A stretch of 64,000 nt of DNA from Mobula hypostoma (GCF_963921235.1 NC_086109.1:29576001-29640000); one strand, 5' to 3'; positions 50,009-61,935 are shown, counted from the stretch's first letter. Notes: a model not told the origin generated them from the sequence alone. A program made the numbers and translations.

Positions 50009-51965
50009 TTGCATAACTCCAGAATATGCCCAAACAAACCCAATTCTGCTCCTATGTCTTATGGTCTTATGACACGTCATTGAATGCCTGTGTGAGATTA
50101 TGAGAATAAAATGAAAAGAAATGGAATGTGCTGCAGAATTGTAATTTAGATACATAAACAATGAGGTATAAAGAGTTGTTTTGGACGTCATGTTTCATAA
50201 ATTGTCTGTCAAATCCTCCCAAACATTGTGTTTTATTGTGCACACAGTTAAATATTTTATATACCAAAACATCAAAGAACACGTTAAAGATTTTTATAGT
50301 CTCAGTGCTGTATAATGCTAGTCTAAAACAATCAGCCAAAAAACTTTTTTTTTCAAATTTTGAGGAACTCACGTGTTTTGTTAACTTCACACGAAACTTC
50401 CTGCTTGAAAGATAGGTGATGTCCAGGCTTGGGAAACTCTGGTGCAGTCATTTCTGTGAAAATGGTACAGTCTAGGGTAAGAACACCCACAAAGCATCAA
50501 CATGACAATAATGGAATTTTCTATGGGGAACTGGACCTGTATACAAAATAACTACTTTCCATGCTTTTATTATTAATTCACAATAGAAATGGAAGAGGAA
50601 TTTTTGCAGGACAATTTTTTTTACACACAAAGCACAGGCCACCAGGGGAGGGGGAAAAACAGATATGATTACAAATTTTAAGCAACATTTAAACAGATTT
50701 AAAAAAAGTTTTTGGGAATTGAGAGATGCAGACCATGTGCAGGCACATGCGTAGTTAAGATTGGCACCATAGCCTGTACCGACATGATGGGCGGCAGAGA
50801 ATTTTCCTGTCCTGTACTATTTTGTTCTATGACAAAGAAATTAGTTTTATGGAGGACCTTAAAATATGGAAGACAGACAGAGCAGGGATATTTGAGGAAA
50901 GAATTCCAAAGCATGGCAGCTGATGGCACAGACTGCTACGTCAACAGCCCAGAAAGAAAGGTGTACAGATACCAAGGACAATGAAGACATTGAGCGTAAA
51001 AACACAATGTTGATCAATTCATTCAGAGTACCTGCTTTGTTGGCTCCTTATATGAGCTGCTAATAGTGTGATGCTCTCCCATGGAATTCAAATATTCAGT
51101 AGAAATACAGTCAATAGCCACTTTATTAGGTACACCTGTACACGTACTCATTGATATAAATATCTAATCAGCCAAGCAAGTGGCAGCAAGTCAATGCATA
51201 AAGCCATGCCAATATGGTCACGAGGTTTAGTTATTGTCCAGACCAAACAACAGAATTGGGAGAAGTGTGATTTAAGTGACTTTGACCATGGAATGATTGT
51301 TGGTGACAGAACAGTTGGTTTGAGTATTTCAAAAACTGCTGATCTCCATAAGATCATAGGACCTTAAGACCATCTCCTGGGATTTTTACACACACAATAG
51401 TTTACAGTGAATGGTGTGCAAAACAAAAATACACCCAGTGAGCAGCAGTTATTGCTAATGACAGCATTCAGAGGAGAATGGCCTGACTGTTTCAAGACGA
51501 TAAGAAGATGACAGTAACTCAACTAACCACATCAGTGGTGACAGATGTTCGGGGATGTTCGTCCATCATCGTCGTCGATGAAGACCTCGACACCATTGAT
51601 GGTGTCGAGACTAGCGCGTGATTTGGATTTAAGTGAGGGAGAGTTGCGCAGCATCAGCCTCACTCTCTCTTCCCAATTCCCATCTGGATCCAGTGGCAAG
51701 ACAAGAGTCAAGACGGCTGGAGATGGGACTAGGCACAGTGGATGACCAGGACGTCTTCTGTGTCTTGTCCTGCTCTACACGTTCCACGGCGCTTGCAGAG
51801 AGCGCCTTCTTGACCGTTGGACCTTACATTCGTCTCGTCCGCTCAATCCGCCGGAGTCTGTTTTCACATACAACAGGAATTCTGCAGATGCTGGAAATTC
51901 AAGCAATACACATCAAAGTTGCAGGTGAATGCAGCAGGCCAGGCAGCATCTCGAGGAAGAGGTAC

Positions 51966-52001
51966 AGTCGACGTTTCAGACCGAGACCCTTCGTCAGGAC
52001 T
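51966..52001 (-). ncRNA. Minimal type I hammerhead ribozyme with intact core (dimer-dependent type)
   Basis: AGUC-CUGACGA-AGGGUCUCGGUCU-GAAACGUC|GACU; stem I AGUC/GACU; palindromic ACGU stem III; predicted cut between 51970 and 51969. Confidence 0.8.
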
Positions 52002-52395
52002 AACTGAAGGAAGAGTTAGTAAAAGATTTGAAAGTGAGGGGGGGAGGGGGAGATCCAAAACAATAGGAGAAGACAGGAGGGGGAGGGATGGAGCCAAGAG
52101 CTGGACAGGTGATTGGCAAAGGGGATATGAGAGGATCATGGGACAGGAGGCCTAGGGAGAAAGAAAAGGTGGGAGGGGAACCCAGAGGATGGGCAAGGGG
52201 TATAGTCAGAGGGACAGAGGGAGAAAAAGGAGAGTGAGAGAAAGAATGTGTGTATAAAAATAAATATCGGATGGGGTACGAGGGGGAGGTGGGGCACTAG
52301 CGGAAGTTAGAGAAGTCAATGTTCATGCCATCAGGTTGGAGACTACCCAGACGGAATATAAGGTGTTGTTCCTCCAACCTGAGTGTGGCTTCGTC

Positions 52396-53224
52396 ACCAA
52401 ATGCCATCCCCTTCTCGCAATTCCTCCGTCTCTGCCGCATCTGCTCTCAGGATGACGCTTTTCATTCCAGGATGAGGGAGATGTCCTCCTTTTTTAAAGA
52501 AAGGGGCTTCCCTTCCTCCACCATCAACTCTGCTCTCAAACTCATCTCCCTCATTTCACGCACATCTGCTCTCACTCCATCCTCCCATCACCCCACTAGA
52601 AATAGGGTTCTCCTGGTCCTCACCTACCACCCCACCAGCCTCCAGGTCCAACATATTATTCTCCGTAACTTCCGCCACCTCCAACGGGATCCCACCACTA
52701 AGCACATCTTTCCTTTCCCCACTCTCTCTGCTTTCCACAGGGCTCACTCCCTACGCGACTCCCTTGTCCATTCGTCCCCCCCATCCCTCCCCACTGATCT
52801 CCCTCCTGGCACTTATCCTTGTAAGCGGAACAAGTTCTACACATTCCCTTACACTTCCTCCCTCACCACCATTCAGGGCCCCAGACAGTCCTTCCAGGTG
52901 AGGCGACACTTCACCTGTGAGTCGGCTAGGGTGGTATACTGCGTCCGGTGCTCCCGATGTGGCCTTCTAAATATTGGCGAGACCCGACACAGACCGGGAG
53001 ACCGCTTTGCTGAATACTTACGCTCTGTCCGCCAGAGAAAGCAGGATCTCCCAGTGGCCACACAATTTAATTCCACATCCCATTCCCATTCTGACATGTC
53101 TATCCATGGCCTCCTCTACTGGAAAGAGGAAGCCACACTCAGGTTGGAGGAACAACACCTTATATTCCGTCTGGGTAGCCTCCAAATTGATGGCATGAAC
53201 ATTGACTTTTCTAACTTCCGCTAA
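52396..53224 (+). pseudogene. Penelope ORF C-terminus: post-RT linker and GIY-YIG endonuclease
   Basis: IPFSQFLRLCRICS; FTCESARVVYCVRCSRCGLLNIGETR..RFAEYL..HSHSDM..LEEQHLIFRLG..GMN; stop-free but 5'-truncated. Confidence 0.93.
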
Positions 53225-53518
53225 TGCCCCACCTCCCCCTCATACCCCATCCGTTATTTATTTTTATACACACATTCTTTCTCTCACTCTCCTTTTTCTC
53301 CCTCTGTCCCTTTGACTATACCCCTTGCCCATCCTCTGGGTTCCCCCCCACCTTGTCTTTCTCCCTGGGCCTCCTGTCCCATGATCCTCTCATATCCACT
53401 TTGCCAATCACCTGTCCAGCTCTTGGCTCCATCCCTCCCCCTCCTGTCTTCTCCTATCATTTTGGATCTCCCCCTCCCCCTCCCACTTTCAAATCTCTTA
53501 CTAACTCTTCCTTCAGTT

Positions 53519-53554
53519 AGTCCTGACCAAAGGTCTCGGCCTGAAACGTCGACT
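53519..53554 (+). ncRNA. Hammerhead motif with core mutation (CUGACCA), likely inactive
   Basis: AGTC-CTGACCA-AAGGTCTCGGCCT-GAAACGTC-GACT. Confidence 0.6.
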
Positions 53555-54267
53555 GTACCTCTTCCTAGAGATGCTGCCAGGCCTGCTGCGTTCACCAGCA
53601 ACTTTGATGTGTATTGTCTGTCTTCATATGCTGCGATAGACTTCTCCCTATCTCACTGAGGGTTTGAGACCCGTCTGCTACTCTCACCTGGTTTAGCCGG
53701 CTTGTCGAAGACGTTGGCCGTGGTATGGCCGATGTCGCATGTAAACAGTGAACAGAAGAGCATCTCTCAATGCACAACATGTTAAACCTTGAAACAGGTG
53801 GGCTACAGCATCAGAAGACCACAAACATACATTCAGTAGCCACGTTATTAGGTAGAGGAGGTATTAATAAAGTGGCTATTGAATATATCCAGGCAGGCAT
53901 GAGCAAAATGCTCGTCTCACAATGAGGGACAATATTGAGAAAATTTGCAGTATTGCTGGCATTGCAGTATTAAGTCAAGTGAGAGAGAGCCTTTAAAATT
54001 TACTGGGCTGTCTGGTGCATTGATTGCGTGAGGGAGAATAAATTTTTCCTAATGTCTTTATTTTGTAATCCAGGCACCAAGCAGCTTTATATTTATGTGT
54101 TTTGGGCCTTCATGTGATCCAGGACTTTATCTACAAAGAACTGTTCAAAGTACACAAACTCATTTCGTATTGGGCCTTATTTCATTCTCATTTCGTACTG
54201 GCAGACTGATGTCACTTTTGTTGTGTTGCATTTGATACCATTTAAAAATCGCAATCGCCTTCAGCCT

Positions 54268-55142
54268 AGACACAAGAGATTCTGCAAATGCTGGAAATCT
54301 TAAGCAATACGAAGAAAATGCTGGAGGAACCCAAGAACTCAGGCAGCATCTATGGAGGGAAATATACAGCCAAAATTTTGGGCTGAAACTCTTCATCAGG
54401 ACTGGAAACGAAGTCAAAAAAAGGTTGGTGGGGGGGGGGTGGGAAGAGGAGCATAAACTGGCAGATGATAGGAGGGATAAGGTGAGGGGGAAGGTGGGTG
54501 AGTGAGAGGGGGAGAGGTTGATGAGGTTGATGTAGGAAGCTAGGAGGTGATAGATGGAAGAGGTATTGTGCTGAAGAAGGAATTAATAGGAGAGAGCAGT
54601 GGACCATGGAATAAAAGGAAGGAGGTGCAGAGCAAGAGGGAGGTGATGGGCAGGGGAATAGAAGAGAAGGTACACGAAGGTAACCAGAATGAGGAATGGA
54701 AAAATCAATGAGAAGAGAGGGCGAAAAAAGGGGATTACTGGAAAAGTTAGAAAAACAGATGTTCATGCCATCAGGTTGGAGGCTACACAGATGGATATGA
54801 GATTTTGCCCCTCCAACCTTAGTTTGGCCTCATTGTGAAGGCAGAGGAGACATTTTGATATGGGAATGGAAAATCACATTGATATATGTTTGTGGATGTC
54901 CACTGGAAGATCCAATCTTTAGTGACGCGCAGAATGAGGGTGCTCAGCAAGGCAGTCCCTCAGACTAACCAACTTATTCTGGCTTCTACCCCCTTCCTTT
55001 CCAGAACTGATGAAGAGTCTCAGTCCAAACCATCTACTACTCCCCCCCACCACCCCGAGAGGCTGCCTAGCTTGCTGAGTTCCTGTAGCATTTTGTCCAT
55101 ATTGCTCAAGATTTCCAGCAACTGCAGAATTTCTTATGTCTG
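54268..55142. mobile_element. Older Penelope pLTR/GIY-YIG end (-) joined to a forward tail
   Basis: Homologous to 51870-52392 (GTTCATGCCATCAGGTTGGAGGCTAC); forward CTGATGAAGAGTCTCAGTCCAAAC at ~55008. Confidence 0.8.
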
Positions 55143-55478
55143 TAATGAAAGTGCAGTGGCCTGGATTATTATACTTTGTACTTATTTCTTAAAGTGGTTA
55201 CCAGACTATGCATTGAATGCTGTTTACAAGGTTTTGATGTTGGATTGAGGGTAAATACTAGCATTTTTGAACTGTGGATGAATTAACAGTTAGTGGGTAG
55301 CCAGTAAGAATATCTGGAATTTTTTTGGGATGTCAGTCTGTATCGAGTGGAAAAGTGTGAAGATCAGCTTCAGCTATAATAATCTGTAGCAATATCATAG
55401 ATGAAAGGATAAGCATAATATTTTCAAAACTGTTTGATGAGTATTTTTCAGCATTTTCTGTTGTTACTCCATATCATG

Positions 55479-56524
55479 TACACTCAGTGGCTACTTTATT
55501 AGGTATACCTGCACACCTGCACATTAATGCAAGTATCTAATCAGCCAATCATTTGACAGCAACTCAATGCATAAACGCATGCACACACGGTCAAGAGGTT
55601 TCGTTGTTGTTCAGGCCAAACATCAGAATGGAGATGAAATGCAATCTAAGTGACTTTGATTATCGAATGTTTGTACATGCTACACAGGGTTGGCTTGAGT
55701 ATCTCAGAAACTGCTGATCTCCTGAGATTTTTATGCACAATAATCTCTAGAGTTTACAGAGAATGGTGTGAAGAAGAAACATCCAGCGAGCGTCTGTTCT
55801 GTGGGTGAAACACTCTGTTAATGAGAGAGAATGGCCAGACTGGTTCAAGCTGACGGAAAAGCGTCAGTAACTGCATCTCAGTGTGGTATGGCAATTGTCC
55901 CTTATCAGACCACAAAGCACTCCAGCATGTGGTAAGAATTGCCTAGCGGATTATCGGCACCCAATTTCCCACCATTGAGAACATCTACCATAAATGCTAC
56001 CTGGGCAGGGTGAAAAGCATTATCAAGGATGCATCTCACCCTAACCATGGACTTTTTACTCTCCTCCCATCCAGTAGGCGCTACAGGAGCCTCCGCTCCC
56101 GCACCAGCAGGCACAGGAAGAGCTTCTTCCCCGAGGCTGTGACCCTGCTGAACCTCACATCACAGCGCTAAGCAGTATTGCACCCATATTGTACTGTCTC
56201 AGTACTTTTATATTTATGTGCTGTAGCATTTACTTTTTATTCGCAGTTATTTTGTAAATAACACTATTCTTTGCATTTCTGGTCAGGTGCTAGCTGCATT
56301 TCATTGGCTTTGTATCTGTACTCGGCACAATGACAATAAAGTTGAATTTAATCTAATCTAATCTAACTCAAATAACCATGTATTACAACAGCGTTGTGTA
56401 GAAGACACATCGAACCTTGAAGTGGATGGCCTACATCAATAGAAGACCACAAATATACAGAAATACACTCAGCGGCCTCTTTATTAGATACTTCCTGTAC
56501 CCAATATAGTTGCCACTAAGCACA
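55479..56524. mobile_element. Non-autonomous Tc1 derivative with a nested Rex
   Basis: TA-CACTCAGTGGCTACTTTATTAGG left TIR; inner TIR at ~56465; right TIR CCAATATAGTTGCCACTAAG. Confidence 0.8.
55868..56365 (+). mobile_element. Young Rex1/Babar 3' end
   Basis: Near-identical to 21672-22172; (CTAAT)n tail; TAACT at both junctions. Confidence 0.92.
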
Positions 56525-56609
56525 TATCCAAGTTTGCAGGTGATTGAAAACTGGCAGATGAAGTGAGCAAGATAATAACTCAAAATGATTCATTCATCTG
56601 GAAAAAAGA

Positions 56610-57200
56610 TGCCATTGCCCTCCCAGTACTAATCAACAAGGTTCAAAACTTGGGCCTCTATACGTCACTCTGAAACTGAATTCTTGACTTCCTCACTGGG
56701 AGACTACAGTCAGTACGGATTGGAAATAACATCTTCTCCTCACTGACAATCAATACAGGTGCACCTCGTGGATGTGTGCTTTGTTCACTGCCCTGTTCTC
56801 TACTCTACACCCATGACTGTGTAGCCGGGCACAGCTCAAACATCGTCTATAAATTTGCTAATGGCACAACTGCTGTTGGCAGAATCTCAGATGGTGATGA
56901 AGGGGCATTACAGGAGTGCGCTAGATTGGCTGGTTGAGTGGTGTCGCAACAACAGACTTGCACTCAACATCAGTAAGGCCAAGGAACTGATTGTGGACTT
57001 CAAGGAGTTGAAGTCGAGGGAAAACACACCAGTCATCATCGAGGGATCAGCAGTGGAAAGGTGACAGTTTCAAGATCCTGGGTGTCAATATCTCTGAAGA
57101 TCTGTCCTCAGTACAACATATTGATGCAATTATGAAGAAGACGTGCCAGGAGTTCACTCGGAGTTTGAGGAGAAATGGTATGTCATCAAAGACTCTATGA
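56610..57200 (+). mobile_element. Rex1/Babar RT fragment
   Basis: [32 protein letters not shown]. Confidence 0.85.
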
Positions 57201-57351
57201 GGAAAGACTTGGCGGGAAGAAACTATGTTATCCAGAACTTAGAAAAGGAATGGGAGATTTTTAAGATATATATACAGTTTTTGGGACAGTTTGACAGTAT
57301 AGGTGCCATGTGGCTGATTCCTCTGAGTTGAAAATTTTCAGCTAGGGGTTA

Positions 57352-57606
57352 AAATCAGAATCAGAATCAGGTTTAGTATCACCGGCATATGTTGTGAAAT
57401 GTGTTGCTCTGTGGCAGCTAACTATAAATTAAATAAGTTGTGCCAAAAGAGAGGGAAAAAATACTGAGGAAGTGTTCATGGGCTCATTGTCCATTCAGAA
57501 ATCTAATGGCGGAGGGGAAGATGCTGTTCCTGAACCGCTGAGTGTGTGTCTTCAGGCTCCTGTACCTCCTCCTTAATGGTAGCATTGAGAAGAGGGCATG
57601 TCTTGC
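57352..57606 (-). mobile_element. Rex1/Babar 3' fragment
   Basis: (GATTCT)n tail; colinear with 2718-2975. Confidence 0.8.
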
Positions 57607-58158
57607 CATGTTACAACTGATATGCCAGATCTACTTCCTTTAAGGTCAAGTCAAAAACTAACCCGTCACTACCTCTAGGAAGAACCCTTTAAACATATTT
57701 TAAAGATGATACAAAGTCCACTTCAATTGAAGCCTTTTTTCCAGTAGTTAATTCTGACCGCTTTACTTTGATTTGTTCTTCTGCTACATTTCTACTTCCT
57801 TAATTCGAGTCCTAAGTCATCTTTCTTTGCCCATTAACACCAACTGAATTGACAAGTTCACATTGTTTCCACCTGTCTTAATAGCATGTAATATACATAT
57901 GTGTACTCAATTGATTAATTGTCTTAGTTGCTTGAAGCAAGCAACTGATTGATGGGAATTTGATTGCTATTAGATGCTGCAGTGTCTTTGCTGGTAATAT
58001 TACCAAAGCTGCATTTCAGCAAAACCTTCAGTGACATAAGATTGTCAGCCTGGGGCCGTTTTATGTAAACAAATAGTTAAGATCATTTTTATGAGATAAG
58101 TTGTACCCTCAACTATTCTCAACAAGTAGAAAGGAAAACATGAGTATTGAATAATTGC

Positions 58159-58262
58159 AGGTCAGGCAGCATCCAGAGATGCTGCCTGACCTGCTGCGTT
58201 CACCAGCAACTTTGATGTGTGTTGCTTGAATTTCCAGCATCTGCAGAATTCCTCGTGTTTGG
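58159..58262. mobile_element. Two-arm Penelope mini-insertion with exact 15-bp TSD
   Basis: GTATTGAATAATTGC at 58144-58158 and 58263-58277; perfect 17-bp hairpin at 58157-58194. Confidence 0.9.
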
Positions 58263-58654
58263 GTATTGAATAATTGCCTGCTTTCATCTTAATTTGCCAA
58301 AAATCAACAAAGCATTGGTCATAAAGGATGATTAGCAGATAATTGGACAGGGCAGGCGTTTTTGTTCCTTCCTGTGCAAGGAGACTGAAGAATCAATACA
58401 AGTGAAATGCCTTTGATGAAGTGTGTTTCTAAACACTGTCCTTTAAAAAAAGTGACAAAAGATTGAAACTATTTCTATTTGGATGTGTTTATGCAAATAG
58501 ATTTGGGAGCTGTAGATTTATAACAGACAGTAGCATCTAAAAGCATTGTCAATTTCAATTTTTTTAAAAAACAAATAGCAATTTGCACAATACACATAAA
58601 GTCAGTCCTTAAAAAATATAGAGCATGGATTTTTACATATTTCATTTCCATATA

Positions 58655-58770
58655 CACTCAGTGAACACTTTATTAGGTACACCTATTTATTAATGGAAAT
58701 ATCTAATCATCCAGTCATGTGGCTGCTTCTCAATATATAGAAGCACCCGGGCATGGTGAAGAGGTTCCGT
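58655..58770. mobile_element. Tc1-derivative left end
   Basis: TACACTCAGTGAACACTTTATTAGGTACAC. Confidence 0.7.
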
Positions 58771-58856
58771 CTGCAGGGTCTAGGCTTGTGTGTACATTTC
58801 TTATGGGTCCCTACACAAGTTGGGAAAATAAGGTGGTAGACATTCTAGCCTAACAA

Positions 58857-59121
58857 CACACACAAAATGCTGGAGGAACTCAGCAGGCCAGGTAGCATCT
58901 ATGGGAAAGAGTAAACAGTCTTTTTTTGGGGCGGAGACCCGTTATCAGGACAAGAAAAAAAAGGTGACTTCTCATCTTTCTTTTCCAGTCCTAATGAAGG
59001 ATCTTGGCCTGAAATGTTGACTGTTTACTCTTTTCCACAGATACATCCTGGCCTGTTGAGATCCTCCAGCATTTTGTGTGTGTTGCTTTGATCTCCAGCA
59101 TCTGGTTTTTTCTTGTTTGTG
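58857..59121. mobile_element. Two-arm Penelope insertion with two opposed hammerhead remnants
   Basis: Degenerate TSD ATTCTAGCCTAACAA/ATTATAGCCAAGCAA; CAGTCCTAATGAAGGATCTTGGCCTGAAATGTTGACTG. Confidence 0.8.
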
Positions 59122-59149
59122 ATTATAGCCAAGCAATCACCTAAAATTA

Positions 59150-59958
59150 AGGATGTAAATGTAGAGGTGCCTTTGCCTTTGGTGGAAAGAATGAAAGGAT
59201 TGACTGTTTTCTAAATGGAGAGAAAATACAAGCAACTGAAGTGCAAGGGGACTTGGGAGTCCTTGTGCAGGATTCCCTAAAGGTTAATTTGCTGGTTGAG
59301 TCTGTGGTGAGGAAGGCAAATGTGATGTTAGCATCTATTTCAAGGGGACTAGAATATAAAAAGCAAGGATGTAATGTTGAGACTTTATAAAGCACTGGTG
59401 AGGACTACATAGAGTATTGTGAGCAGTTTTGGTCTCCTTATCTTAGAAAGAATGTGCTGGCACTGGAGAGGGTTCAAAGGAGATTCACAAAAATGATTTC
59501 AGATTTGAATGGCTTCTCTTATGAAGATTGTTTGATGGCTCTGGGCCTCTATTCACTAGAATTCAGAAGAATGAGGGGTGACCTCATTGGAACCTATCAA
59601 ATGGTGAAAGGCATTGATAGAGTGGATGTGGAGGGGATGTTCCTGTGATGGGAGAGTCTAAGACCAGAGGACACAACCTCAGAATAGAGGGGTATCAGTT
59701 TAGAATGGAGATGAGGACTTTTTCAGCCAGAGGGTGGTGAAGCTGTGAATTCTTCTCTACAGGTGGTAGTGGAGGCCAAGTCTTTATGTATATTTAAAGC
59801 AATGGTTGATGGATTCTTGATTAGTCAGGGCATGAAGGGATATGGGATGAAGGCAGGACACTGGGGATGAAAGTAATTTTGGATCAGCATGATGAAATGG
59901 CAGAGCAGACTCGCTAGGCCAAATAGCCTAATTCTGCTCCTATGTCTTATAGTCTTAT
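59150..59958 (+). mobile_element. CR1/HER1 3' portion
   Basis: LERVQRRFTKMI..RMRGDLIGTY; TATGTCTTATAGTCTTAT tail. Confidence 0.9.
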
Positions 59959-60611
59959 AAAGCGGATACGAAAGCCATAATTAAAAAGTCAATTCAATCA
60001 CTCTGGCACAAAGTTGGGATAAAGAAAGGAAAGGACGGCATTTATATAAAATTCAGAAGATTGTGAGAAATGCAAATGAGAGGTGGGTATAAAAGAAGGG
60101 AAAACATTATACTTACCAATTCATGTATTGGACATAATAGATTGAATAATTCCCTGTTCAGAATTAATATGCATGAATTGGCATTTGCAGGAGGGCACGT
60201 GTCAAGAAATATGCGACATATGTTGTTTGAGTGCTATGCAGTAGGGAAATTCGAGGCAGCTTCTGGAGTAGGTTACATGGTCGACACAAATTGTGATCCA
60301 AAGGGCCTGTAACGTGCTGTAGATTTTCTACGTTCTATGAATGAAGTTCCCATGAGATGCAAAGGAAACATGAATTGCTAAATTGAGATCTTTGGGACAG
60401 ATACAGTTTAACATAGAAAGATCGTTAGGACATCATTGCCATTGTAATGTATATAAGCACGTATTTGACGTTCTGAAAAGCATTAGACTTTCTGATATTA
60501 TTTGAGTTTTTTGTGGGGGAAACTTAGTGGGTATACCTCCTGTCTCTTTGCTCCACACTGCAACTCAGTTGGTGGCAATAATGCACCTAATGTTGGTCTG
60601 CCAACTGTGAT

Positions 60612-60688
60612 GGAGGAGGAGGAGGAGGAGGAGGAGGAGGAGGAGGAAGAAGAAGAAGAAGGAAGAGAAGAGAAGAAGAAGAAAAGAA
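60612..60688. repeat. (GAG)n(GAA)n purine microsatellite
   Basis: Directly visible. Confidence 0.95.
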
Positions 60689-61935
60689 AGGATGGTTTGT
60701 GTAGCTCAGAAACTGCAGATCTCCTGGGATTTTCATGCACAACCGTCTCTAGAGTTTACTTTCAAGTTGAATGCTTGATTTTATACTTTACTTAATTTTG
60801 ATTGACTTTTGGTATTCAACAAGGCAGATCTATCTGAAAGCCATTGCCAAGATACTAGCTATCCTATTGTATCTGATGCAATCTGCATGAACTGAATGCC
60901 AATAGACTGCTTGTGTATTGTAATTAGGCCTAATCTTATCTTTATCCCATAGGCATCTTTTCACATGTTTAAAGTGATGAGATAATGATCTTGTGCTATT
61001 TATTTTCCAACTACAATCCATGGTAGAGAAGTTACCTGTAGCACTTGTACTATTGCTCAGTGAGGATCAGTGCACAGTGATTTAGATATAAACCTTTTGA
61101 CTTTAGCAGATTTTGATCAGTATTGTATTCATGATTTACTCACTGACATATTGGAGCAGCTAAAAAAAGATACTTCTATAAAGCACGTCCATAATCTTCC
61201 TTTAAAATCCATAAGAACAGTTCAATGAGAATTCTCAGCTAATGCAAAGAATCTTCACAACAAATTTCTCTATTTGAGGGAAATATATGCTGACTTTCCA
61301 GCAATGTCCACATTTCTGAAACAAATAGCAGAAATTTGTTATCAGCCTAATGTACGTGGCTACTTAATAAATGATGGGAAAATCTATTATCACAGCCAGG
61401 CATTCAGTGGACCTGATTTAACTGTTTCAGAAAGTGTGGGTCTCCTGTAGAGCTAAACTGATTTTGATGGCACATCTGTTAAAGCAATTTTATGATTAGC
61501 TCTCTGCTCTATTACCATTGATTAAGCATTTCCTAAAGACCTGTAAAATCTCAGGTAACTTTTCAGGCAGAATTTGTGCATAAGGTTCATGTGGCATTTG
61601 TAGAAACTGGTTGCTGATACCAACTGTTTCTTCTTGACAGAATTTAATTTGAAAGTTGCACCAGCACATACATGAAAGATAGTAAGTAGGTTAACAACCT
61701 GTATGTGAGATAAAATGGACTGGATTTGACTGAAAATATTGTTGATCCCTGCAGTGAAACCACACACATAAGTGCATCACTGGCTCATGTACTGCTCCAC
61801 CTCTTCTCCCTCAGCAGATGAGAATGCTCCTCCCTTATTCATTTTCATGCCTTCTCCCCGATGCCATCAAACTCCTTGCTGAAATAATAATAATCCTGGA
61901 TGACTATCAAGTGGGTCAATGCAAGTACTTTCTCA

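Larger units (their letters stand above)
48130..50072 (+). mobile_element. Older CR1 RT/3' end, interrupted twice
   Basis: VTSGVPQWWVLG..FAGDTKI; resumes at 49376; tail AATTCTGCTCCTATGTCTTATGGTCTTATG at ~50042-50070. Confidence 0.85.
51870..53615 (+). mobile_element. Penelope-like element, 5'-truncated, with inverted pLTR arms
   Basis: Arms ~51905-52392 and 53129-53615 are reverse complements; TSD GTCTGTTTTCACAT/GTCTGTCTTCATAT. Confidence 0.95.
51543..53742 (-). mobile_element. SINE-like element (family of 30053-30432) split by a Penelope
   Basis: Halves 51543-51869 and 53616-53742 join across the TSD. Confidence 0.7.
51108..53885. mobile_element. Non-autonomous Tc1 derivative hosting a nested SINE-like element and a Penelope
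   Basis: Left TIR CAGTCAATAGCCACTTTATTAGGTAC; right TAATAAAGTGGCTATTGAATA; body resumes at ~53745. Confidence 0.8.

Noticed and set aside
52319..52395. Met start of the 301-aa ORF
   Set aside because: The first ~26 codons come from the inverted arm; this is a chance in-frame fusion, not a real N-terminus
60502..60795. ORF with poly-Glu/Lys, and the antisense poly-Ser ORF
   Set aside because: Translation of the (GAG)n(GAA)n microsatellite joined to a Tc1 fragment
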